64,000 nucleotides of DNA from Lingula anatina (Eukaryota; Animalia; Brachiopoda), in contig CM120645.1 in the NCBI GenBank assembly GCA_051362555.1, positions 5,208,001 through 5,272,000 on the forward strand, given 5' to 3'. The stretch's first letter is position 1. Every line of letters begins with the position of its first letter. The position numbers and the translations under genes were made by a program. Below, piece after piece: positions 48,946-59,975 of this stretch. Under the pieces are notes generated by a model that did no database searches, had not been told where the DNA came from, and saw nothing but the letters and a program-made list of their open reading frames with translations.

Positions 48946-51142
48946 TTAGAGAATCTCACATCCCCAACAGCACTGCTGTGGGTAATCTGGAGCGTAAACC
49001 TGACGCTCATTGCCATACACCCAAAAACGCGTGTTAACCTCCTTCCATGTGTAGTTGACCTCTGACACTGGTACTGCACGCAATTCTTGTTTCTGCAAAG
49101 GAGAAAACCCTTGCACATTAATACAATGAGTTTTGATGTTAGCAATTTTCTACAATTAGTGTAGCTGCTGCAACAAACCTGTGAGCCAAAATTTACCTTT
49201 CAAAGGAAATTTAATTTACCAAGGTTGCTGAAAATTAAATATTCAGATTGATAGTCTATTGTTAAACATATCATTGACAAAAGACTAAGCTAAAAAATGA
49301 AAATCCCAAATAAATAATGAATAAACAAAAGTGTACATTTGGTAAATTTTAAAAGTGAACTGGTGCCCCACCCCAATTTAAATAATGACAGCAACCTAAA
49401 TAAAAGAAAATGTAGCTTGTGACGGCATATTTTCTAGTTGTCAAATAGGTATGCTGTGGCATATCAGTACACATAAAACAATAGTAAATAGAAATCTGGT
49501 ACTTGGAATATAGGTTGTCAGTTGTTTTTGTGTACAATAAAACACCCACCTGCATTAACTGTCTTTCATTAGGAAATGCTTGACTGTGTTTCTCTACCAG
49601 AGCCACCGAATTCTGGTTGATTTGAGGCACAGGGTACTGTGTGACTGGCCACACCTGAAGTGGAAGACCAGAAGCAATAACATAAAAATATCACATGTTA
49701 CACAGGGTGCTGAGTAAAAGATTAAAGAGAATAAAGACAATGAAATGGAGGAAAATGGTAACATATAAATGCAGATGCTGGCTGTGAAGTTCATCAGCCA
49801 AAACCTAAGACTTGTTAAAAGTTTGTTCAGAGGTCGCTCTGTCTGTAGTTCAGTGCTATTTTTACACAAAAATTTGCCAGTTCCCCACCTTAGGGAGATC
49901 AATGAACATTTGGACTTATTGGAATACAAAATGTTCTTCAAATCATTGATTAATAATCAGGACATGAAGCTTTGGTAAGGTGGGTGCTAAAACATGTAAC
50001 AGATGAGGGATGATCCTTGAATGCTACATTCTCATTGTGTTTTCTTTATATAATTATTTGTGTGTATACATACATTTGTGTAAAAGAGAGAGAGAGAAAG
50101 AGAGTAAGAGCCGGAGTAAGGAGAAATTTACCTGCGGCAGAACTTGCTCAAAGATTATGATGCCTCCTACATCACGGACCAACTCATCAGGCATGTCTGT
50201 CTCCTCCAATATATAGTCTTCAACATGGTTAGTACTACATAAGAAAATAGCTAAAGTTAAATTTGATTACTGTTCCTCTTTAAAATTTAGTTATTGCATA
50301 AAATATTCATTACATATACACTTAAAGGTACATACGAACCGAGCATCGGTGGAGTGTGGATTCCCAGTAACATGTGTGAACCGCTTCTACTAGATTCTTA
50401 TATGGCTCAAATAAATTCGACATGCCAAGGGATAAACTGAATAGATCACTCGATCAGCCGTAAAAGACCTTTAGACTGCTCCTTTCTTTAAATTTATGGT
50501 TGTGAATTTAACCCACTTCCGTGATCTACTTTCCTACCCCATTGACATACAGCTTAGAATGCCAGCAGAAAAATCTGTTCAAACATCATTTTTGGGTAAA
50601 ATTAAACAATGCCTTTTTGGTAATTCTCTTAGTTATACTACTTGAAACTATATGCTGGCATTTGGTTGGTTTTTGTGACAAAAAATTGACTTTGTATGCA
50701 TCTTTAAAGTGAAATGTTTTAAGAGTTATTATTTCTTAATATTCATTTTTCATTGTATCAAAATAAGTATTCCCAAGTTTTGTGATTGATTTGCATTATA
50801 TGAAAGTATTATAATACATGAAGGAAATTAAAGTGTTCTTTTCTGTTTTTGTAATCAGAACAGATAAGCTGTGTGATGGATTGCATTATATGACATTAAA
50901 TAACACGTACAATATCACTGCTAGCTTAACATAGCGCTCCAGGTCTCTGTAACCTTTACATTTGGAGCAGGTCACCCTGCCGTCTCCCCCACACGTCAGA
51001 CACCTGGAAATGACAAATATTGTTTAAATGATTAACCTGGAATTATGATAATTGTGATTTTTATATGAGGATTGCAGCTCCATTTTTATATGACCATTTT
51101 TATATGACCATTGTAATCTTATATTTGTTGCCCCCCTTCCCG

Positions 51143-51184
<42 letters not shown>

Positions 51185-54100
51185 AAATTAACTGACTGAG
51201 AGTTAACTTATAACCATGTTCAATTTGTACCTTGATTACAAGAACAGAGGGCCCTACTTGCAGTGTTAGAAATTAAGGCTGGACCGTCTGCCCGGGGCTG
51301 ACAACTTTCAGAATGGGCTGAGAAGTTTTCCCACCCGGCAGACATTCGAGCCAGCTACTTCTCAAGATGGCTGAACTTTTGGTCCAGCAACTAATTTTCC
51401 TAAGAGGCAAACACTGCCTACTTGCAACTATTACAAACCCCAAACCTGATTTAACTACCAAATTCAAAACCTTACCTTTTCCTTCCATCTCCACCACAAG
51501 AACCACATCTCACATCTTGCCATTCTTTTTGCCTGTACACTCTTTTCCTACCATCACCTCCACAAGAGTTACAGCGCACCTGGCCACGCCCACGACATCT
51601 GCCACACCTCAACCAGCCACGGCGCTGACAGCGGAAGCAAGGCTGGAGAAATATGAATCAATTATCTTATTTTTATTTCCTTTTTTTCATAAAATCATAC
51701 AATTAAATAAACTCTATGAACAATGTTTAGCAGGAGTTAAAACAACCCATGACTCTTCCAATTGAGACATCAGGAACATTTCAGTCAGTCGAGCTGGTGA
51801 CAGCAAAACCAGAGCTGTTGAAAAAATTAATAATATGATTTTTTTCAGGAAATATCTTTATACATGTCAATACTATAGACATCTTTAAAATGTCCAAAAT
51901 CTTACTCCAAAAGACAAAACTTGAAATTAATGACTGTATAAAAATATATAAAGGTTACAGAATGGAGAGCTTTTCATTTCCCATATACAAATTAAAAAAA
52001 ACAAGAATTGTGATGAGAACAATCAGAAAGACTACATATACACAATCATGTCATCCAACATAACACTCTGATCTTTTACTCACTATAATATCTGAGGTAT
52101 GAGGCACTTTTAGGTACTTTGTATGAGTCAGGAATAACTGTTGAGGCTCACAAGGAATTTGCCAGGGCATTGGCGCCTGGCCATACTGGGGACCATCTAT
52201 ATGTTGACCTCGGAAGGGGTCATAATCATAGAATGTTTTACGAGCCTCTGCAAATGTACTCAGGGTGTACTGAAAATGCAAATAGGAAGTTAAAATGAAT
52301 GTTTACCAAACTTTATGTCTAGACTTTAATAGTTTGGTGAATGAATGGACAAGTATGAGCAAGGTAAAATATCATATTTGGATATGTACAGGTGGGTTTG
52401 TTCAGGTACAAAATCAGTCTAAATTTTAGGTTTAAGTCAGCAGGACATACTAGTGTACTGCTGCATACCAAAACCATTAATTTAAGACTCAATATTAAAA
52501 AGTATGAAACACTTTGAAGAAGGCTAATTAATTTTCTGTTAATTTTAAGTAAAAATCATGTTTTTACAGGTATCTATAGTTAGTCGATCATAATACCATT
52601 ACCTACTTAAATACACTCTGGTCAATCTAATAAAATTATCATGCTTGTCCAGTGAAGCCACCCTGACTAGCTACAGCTTGGTACCTCAGTCTAATTCTCT
52701 GAAAAAAGATTTATCAGGCCAATAGCCAACAATTTCAAAGGGTGGGGTACTTTTTCTGAAAAAGTGGATCTTTTAACCCCATAGTAGACCCAACTTTAGA
52801 AATGTTTTTTTTTTTTTTCAGCCACAAGGGCAGTGTTTTTACCACCCTCTCACCCCGCCTTCTGGTCTGCCTGCATTACTATAAATGAACATGTTCATGC
52901 AAACTCACTTACATGCAATGCTGAGGATGGTGCTATACTATTTATCAACATATCTTTGGCTGTACCACTTCCATAACAACACTGTTCTGCCACATACTGC
53001 AGTAGAGCTTCTCTGGCTTGTTCAGCACTTATGTTTGCAGCCCTGGAAAGATTTTATCCATTTGTTAATTAACACAGCAAAGAATGACAAGGACAGGCAG
53101 AGTGCTGTATGTGGCTCTTTCAGAATATTAGGACCAGGATTTTTTTATATGATGATTCTGAAAATATATCCCTCTCAACGTATTATCAAAACAAAAAAAA
53201 TTTTGAGAATACATTATTTCATGGTACAATATCCAGTAAAGATGAGAAAATGCATAGTATGCACTATACAGCAAAGCAAATAAATAATTGTAAGTATAAT
53301 AAAGTATGAATTGTAGAGTATGGTGACAAGCAGTATGACATGGTATGGATTTGCATTTACATGGAAGTGTAGTATAAAACGTTATGATATAGTATTATTA
53401 CATTTCAAGTATAATATGGTTTGGCATAGAATGATGCTGAAAGGTATGGTACATTTTCAAATTGGCATGGTATGGTACGGTTGGCATGGCATGGTATACG
53501 GAATGGTATAGAAAAGTATAGTATGGTATGGTGTGGTATATTATGGAATGGTATGGTATAGCTTTGGTATGGTGTGGTATACTACATCATGACCTAGCAG
53601 TACAGTTTAGTTTGGTTTGGTACAATACGATGTGGTATTGCATGGCATGGCATGGTATGGTGTCATATGATGTGGTATACTACAGCCTATATGGCATGGT
53701 ATGGTATTTACTCGCTGAAGTCCATCCTGGGTGGATCACCTTGTGGAGGATATGGCTGAGCAGCTGGTGGAGGAAGAGCAAGGGGGTTCGCTGGAAATGC
53801 AAGATACGCTTTTTGTTTGTATTATCTCCCAAAACAATAATACCAACCAAAGAATTTAATCATATATTAAATAAATGAAAACAATTGATAAGCAAAGAAA
53901 AAATTTAAGAACTTAAAATAAACAAGCAAAAAAATAAATAATATATAATTGCATATATAAACATACAAAAAGGTAAAGAAGACCTACTTTCAGTGCCAAT
54001 GTTTGAATAATGTTCAAACATCAAAGTCGGTGCTGGAGGAGGAGGGCCCTCTTTTTCGTCATCATCATCGTCATCGTCGTTAGGCGTGTAGGCACCACCT

Positions 54101-55501
54101 TGCCCTGGCTGCCATTCTGGAAAATGTATTTCACAAATTTGAGAGCATTTATTTATCACATCAGTTTATAACTGATACAGTATTACAAAATAGCATTTTT
54201 CTTTGAGTCCATGTTGTGCAATTCATTATCAAGATGAAAGAAAAGAGAAAATATTATGCTCTACTGTGACTACAAAAAAATCATAAATTTAATTTAAACT
54301 TTGTGAAACATCAATTTGAACATGGGCTCTAAATTTTCTCTTTCCTTCCTTCAAAAAACAATTCAATGTCCAAGTTACAATTATCAGATTCCATTGAAAC
54401 CTCTCAACGCCCTGAGTTTCAGGAGACACTGGAAATTCAGCTCTCTAATCAAATAGCAGTCAGTATGCCTGTTATTTCCATATACATTGTAATATTCAGG
54501 AGGCCACAATAAATGCAGGAGCAGTCATAATTAATGAGCTGTCAGGTACAGGGCAAAAAATCAATATATTTCCTTTATTAAAAAGTCACGCTGAAATATT
54601 AAAGACTGTAACTAATTACGTGATGGTGCTGCCTGAGCAGGTGCCCCTGGCATTTGTTGTGGGTTGTAAGGTGGGTTCTGTCCCTGGGGTGGAATTCCCT
54701 GCTGCGGAGGCATCCCCTGTCCAGGGGGTGGACCAGCATATGCTTGTCCAGGGGGTGGACCTGCGTAGCCTTGTCCAGGGGGTAGACCTGCATATCCTTG
54801 TCCAGGGGGTGGACCTGCATATCCTTGTCCAGGAGGTGGACCTGCATATCCTTGTCCAGGGGGTGGACCTGCATAGCCTTGTCCAGGAGGTGGACCTGCA
54901 TATCCTTGTCCAGGAGGTGGACCTGCATAGCCTTGTCCAGGGGGTGGACCTGCATATCCTTGTCCAGGGGATGGACCTGCATAGCCTTGTCCAGGGGGTG
55001 GACCTGCATAGCCTTGTCCAGGGGGTGGGCCGGCATATCCTTGTCCAGGAGGTGGACCTGCATATCCTTGTCCAGGGGGTGGATCTGCATAGCCTTGTCC
55101 AGGGGGTGGGCCGGCATATCCTTGTCCAGGAGGTGGACCAGCATATCCTTGTCCAGGAGATGGACCTGCATATACCTGCTGATGTTGTCCTGAATTATTT
55201 GCATGTTAAAATGTCTTTAATGCAACTTATGTAATATCAATTATACGTTACCGGAGAAAATAAAAATGGGGAAATAAAAGTTCATTCAGAGGTAAAAATC
55301 CAAATACGTAATATTATTTCATTCTAAAACCTCAAACTCCACATTTTTTAAACAGTAACATAAACAGAGATAACGTACCCTTCAAGGCAGACAATTTTAG
55401 TAACTCAATTTAATAAATCATGTCCACGATGAATTTCTGTAACAAGATCACTCCTAATTTAAGAAACAATCCCTGAAATCATTATAATTACCTTCATTCA
55501 T
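48946..55501 (-). CDS. SSUH2: Protein SSUH2 homologue with Gly/Pro/Gln/Tyr-repeat N-terminus, DnaJ-type CxxCxGxG zinc fingers and CaaX tail, ~572 aa
   Basis: Exons 55501-55492 (least certain), 55189-54620, 54116-53988, 53790-53712, 53042-52913, 52269-52084, 51642-51476, 51003-50911, 50234-50132, 49654-49550, 49092-48946 (1719 nt, open frame). Motifs AREALLQYVAEQCCYG, YTLSTFAEAR, VPHTS, CGRCRGRG, CNSCGGDG, CGSCGGDG, CLTCGGDG, CSKCKG, FWVYGNE...YPQQCCWGCEIL*. Confidence 0.9.
53300..53708. repeat. Degenerate (ATGGT)n pentamer satellite in an SSUH2 intron
   Basis: Repeated atggt/atggc/atagt units. It accounts for the W/Y/G/M-rich spurious ORFs in the track. Confidence 0.85.
54714..55172 (-). repeat. 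Coding minisatellite, 27-bp unit x17, encoding YAGPPPGQG
   Basis: Minus-strand consensus TATGCAGGTCCACC(C/T)CCTGGACAAGG(A/C). Variation falls mostly at third codon positions of the GQGYAGPPP frame. Confidence 0.92.
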
Positions 55502-56478
55502 TTTAATTGAGCTGTATTCAGACAGTCATAAAGACAGGCTATGCAGCTAAAGTGTTGTATCCTAGCATTGACAGCAACAGTGGTAGAAATCTGATCTGAA
55601 AAGTAAATCGCTCAAATTGGACATATTGTTCCAATATTCATGAGGAGGAGTAGACGGAAATTAAAATGATTAACAACTTTGAAAAAAAAAACAACATTTT
55701 ATATATATTTTTAGTGTTTTAAAACATTTTTAAAAAATGTCATAATAATTTTTTGTCCTTAATTAATGTCTTTTAAAAGATATTCAGTAATACATGTACA
55801 GTAGATTAAGTCAAACTGTAAAATTTTTACAGTTAAATATTGAGTAAATGACTTTATTGTGACTTACTAACACGGTAGTTAGTTTTAAACCCATAATAAT
55901 TTTCCCATCCTGGTATATATGTTAAATGAGTAGCAAGAACTAGTCTGATCATTGTTATACTTTCCATAGTAGGTTCTTTTATGCTGTACTGGATTAAAAT
56001 TAAATAAAAATTAAGAAGAAAGTCCCATTTCCCAAGCCCTCTCCCCATAATATCTGAAGCACCTTGTTTGTATAGGCTCATGCATTTATATTGATCCATA
56101 CATGCAGGTCACTATGATCATAAAGATCATGTGAAACCATATGTGTGCTGCATAATGCAAGTGATTGGTGCACATGCACTGACATACATCACTGAGATCC
56201 TTTTCATGCACATACGACTATCATTAATATCAAGAATGGTAACACTTACACATGTATGCATTCTTGCAAATATCACTTTTACTGTAGGCAGCGTAGCCAG
56301 TACAATGTACTTATCAAAACTGCTAATTTATACTGGAAATTACTTTACTCAGGTTATAATAAACCCCTACTGCTAGCTCCATACTAAGTAATTACTAGCT
56401 CAGCTTTAATGTACAAAAGGTGATATGAAAAGTCAGTGATAAAATAATAACGACACTGATCCCTTGGCTTGGACCTTG

Positions 56479-56512
56479 TTACAATCAAGGAGTTATAACT
56501 CCTTGTTACAAT
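56479..56512. mobile_element. 20-bp perfect palindrome CAAGGAGTTATAACTCCTTG with 7-bp flanking direct repeat TTACAAT
   Basis: ttacaat (56479-56485), palindrome (56486-56505), ttacaat (56506-56512). Confidence 0.7.
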
Positions 56513-58988
56513 TAAGGCTTGAATCTGCCAAGACTAATCGTCACTTGCAGCATCATTGCATCATTTCCACAATATAAACGGATTCTATACGTGATCTGGA
56601 AAATACTCACAAGTGTATGCAGTAACATCTAGCAAATGATATACGATTTACTTACTGTTTCGGTTTAAAAAACTGGCAGTGGATGGTGCCACTGGTTGTT
56701 ATGCACGCACAGGTGCCCCAGTTTCTAATCTCCTTAATACAAGAGCTGTTGACATACTGGATCAAGAACCCCCACCCCCAACCCCCCTTCATAGATCAAC
56801 TGCACGCTTACAGTGTTCATTGTCTTGTTTTTGTTTATTTTAAATGAAACTTATTGGCCTATTTTGTAATGGCAAGTTGTAAGGTTTTGGTGAAATTTGC
56901 TCTGAATTTACATTGTAGAAACTGTAACAGGTTTAATATTCAAGATTTAAAAAAATGTTTTAAGGCAGATCAATTTACAAACATACCACTTTAACCACAT
57001 TTAAAGGTGACAGGAACAAAAATTTTAAGGAAATTGGTAAAATATTCAATTATTTTTATTTCACTGTTTATTTTTATTAAATCCTATAAATAGGCATAAT
57101 TGATAATCAACTTTCCACTTGAGCACAGATTTATACTGATAGAAGTTTGATCTGAAAACCAATATGTTTTCATCTCAACTTATTAAACTTGTCTACCATT
57201 CATTAGTTGCCACAATGGATCCATTTCACTTCAGTAACTTACGGCATCCTATGCCGAATTTAGAAAAGGCATTTTTAATATGTACAAAAGGTCCTTATGA
57301 AAGAACTTAAAACTCCTTGTTCAATATGACAATTCTGCACTTTTATTACTTAAAAATGAGCAGGATTATCCATTAAGTGCATATTATTTTGATTTTATCC
57401 AGGTTGGTAAGCTGCACTAGAAATACCACCAATTTTAACTAACCTGCTCTGATATACCATCATTATAATTAATAATAAAATATTATGATTGTGTAATTAG
57501 ACTTGATAATTAGTTTTGACATTTCTCTAATGAAATAAATGCATTTAAAAAATACAACTATACTCAGCTGTTATAAAATAAACCTAATGGTAGGTGCATT
57601 ATATAAGTTTCCATCACATAGAAGAGATGATACAAGTAAACAAAATTGCACTAGAATACAGACCGAAGTTTAACTTCAACAATTCAAGCATCATTATAAT
57701 TTTGAATGAACTTTACAATGAATCATTAAAACTTAAAGCAATAAAATCTTTGTTATACTTCCTGCACAACATACATGTATTAAGCAATATTAATGGCACC
57801 AGCTTGCAGTCAATTCATATCAAGACCACCAATAATAACTATTTCCCATTCTTGTGTTAAACACTGTGTGGTTTAATGAATAAAAATACCATTACAAAAA
57901 AAGAGTCATGTTACATAACAACAATAATTAAAAAATATGAATTGACAAGGAAATCAAATAACTTTTTATACAAAAATCAATGAAGCTTTTTCATTATTTA
58001 TTTATGGTATAAATTATTATTAGTAAATTTATAGTATTCCCAGAAAATAATCGATCTGATTCAGTATTTAATACTCATAATAAAAATATATAGAAATGTT
58101 TAATGAATTTACTTATGGCCTCTATATAATCACCACCCAACTGTCACAGTGACTATCTTTTGAAATATAAAATCAGGTCACAACATTCGAGATTTTCTTT
58201 TACAAAAACAAAAATTAACAAACATGTAATGATCATTTCAGGCTGCTATTGTTTTGAACATATACAGCCAGATTATTAAAAAGCGAGCAAAATATTAAGT
58301 ATAAAGAAGAACTCATTATATATTTCTTCTATCACTATAATTATGCATTACACCGTAAATTAATTTCTCACACTCCTATGACCATGATATATTCTGGTGA
58401 ATGATAAATCATCATGGAAAATTTGTATTAACCTAATATATTAATAAAATATCAATATAAAGCCAAAGTGTAAACTTGCTTTAAATGTGAAAAAAAAATA
58501 TTCAGCAGGTGCCCTTTCCCAACCAGATTGCATTTGAGAACAATCAACTTTTAAATCAAAACCACCTCAACCTCATTTCAACTTTTCTAGTTGTCTACTT
58601 AAAATTTCACAGAAGTAAGCTTGGGGTTATTAAAAGAATCTCTGAACATTTATTGTGGGAACAAACACTTACGTGGCAGTAGGACAATGAAAATCTTGGA
58701 ATTCCATGTCTAATTCCACAAAATTAAAACTAAGAGTAAGACCCTGACTCAGACAAGGATTCCTCATTGACAACCATATTCAAGTCTCTAAAAGTAGCAT
58801 TACAGGCTAAGATTGATGTTCCTGGAGCTTCAAAACAAACTGAACACATTTCCATCTCAAAAACGCTTTCCACCAATACTTAATAGCACCCCTGTCAGAC
58901 CTTAATTTCATTAGCCTCAAATCAAATTTAACTTGGTTTTGGCTTCAAAACACTCAGTGTCAAGTCCCCACAGCACCTTTTTCACGCC

Positions 58989-59938
58989 TCACTTTTGGTT
59001 GGTCTGAGTTTCTTCCTTTTTGTAGTAGTATTTATGCGGAACAAAGGGCATTTTCACTATCTCTCCTTCAACATGCTTTTGCCTCACGTGTAGGATCACT
59101 TTGGATCCTATCTTTCCTTGTGTGTTAATATAGCCCATAGCAATGTTATAGTTGAGGGACGGTGAGGGGATACCGCTGGTGACCTCCCCTATCTGAACCC
59201 CTCTCTGGTGGTCTAGAATGGGGGTGCCAGCTGCAAAGTAAATATTAAATTTTAAATAAGTTTTGCATTACTTCCATGTTCAGTAAATGTATTATACCAT
59301 TACGTACTGTAATTTTAATAATTTCTTTTTTGTAGTCAACAATGTTCAAAAACAGTAGCAGAGACTATAGCCATTAACTTAATGATAAATGCTCAATATA
59401 TATTGCTATTACAAAATGTTCTACGTTAACATGTAATCTAATATGGCACCCAGCATAATCTGTTCAAAATCATGATTACAGCTTTAATGATCTCAAAAAA
59501 TTAGCTACCTCTAGCTGGTGCCCCTCTGGATTTGATTCCCACTCGCCTCTTTGGTGGTTTCTTTTTCAGCTGGGATAATATTACTTCAGCACCTGGGAAA
59601 GTTGGGGTTTTCTCTCTTCTTACTTTGCCTGATGTAGAGTAGATTCCAAGGTTATAAAGGAAAATTGATTTTTTAAAATTATCTGTGGACTGTAATACAT
59701 GTGTGTTATGTTTTGTACAAGTAAGAAACAAGACCTCCACTGGTATGGTTGTTTCATTTGATATTTCTAAAATCTCCTCTTCTTCCCTGTGAGAGACAGA
59801 GAAAGAGAGAGTTGTTTTAGGGAACTTTAACTGAACTGACATTATTTCAGATGACAACGACATGACATCTCTTTCGCAAATACTTCACTTCGTCTATTGA
59901 GCATACAAGAGTAACTGTTCTCAGCCTACATACATATG

Positions 59939-59975
<37 letters not shown>

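Noticed and set aside
50320-50490. CpG-rich patch in an SSUH2 intron starting ttaaagg, a possible TTAA-target transposon
   Set aside because: No convincing matching right end, TSD or second copy could be identified by eye.
51476-51642. Possible in-frame TGA (selenocysteine) in the Cys-rich SSUH2 exon
   Set aside because: With the five-A run counted correctly the frame reads RQKEWQDVRCGSCGGDG, so the TGA is out of frame.
53320-53878. Trp/Tyr/Gly/Met-rich plus-strand ORFs
   Set aside because: They are translations of the (ATGGT)n intronic satellite, antisense to SSUH2.
54599-55234. Three long repeat ORFs in the track (MQVHPLDKD, VQGVDLHIL, SRGWTCISL), and a possible CRISPR-like array
   Set aside because: They are alternative frames of the 27-bp coding minisatellite. 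Only the GQGYAGPPP frame joins flanking exons in phase. There are no unique spacers and no cas genes.
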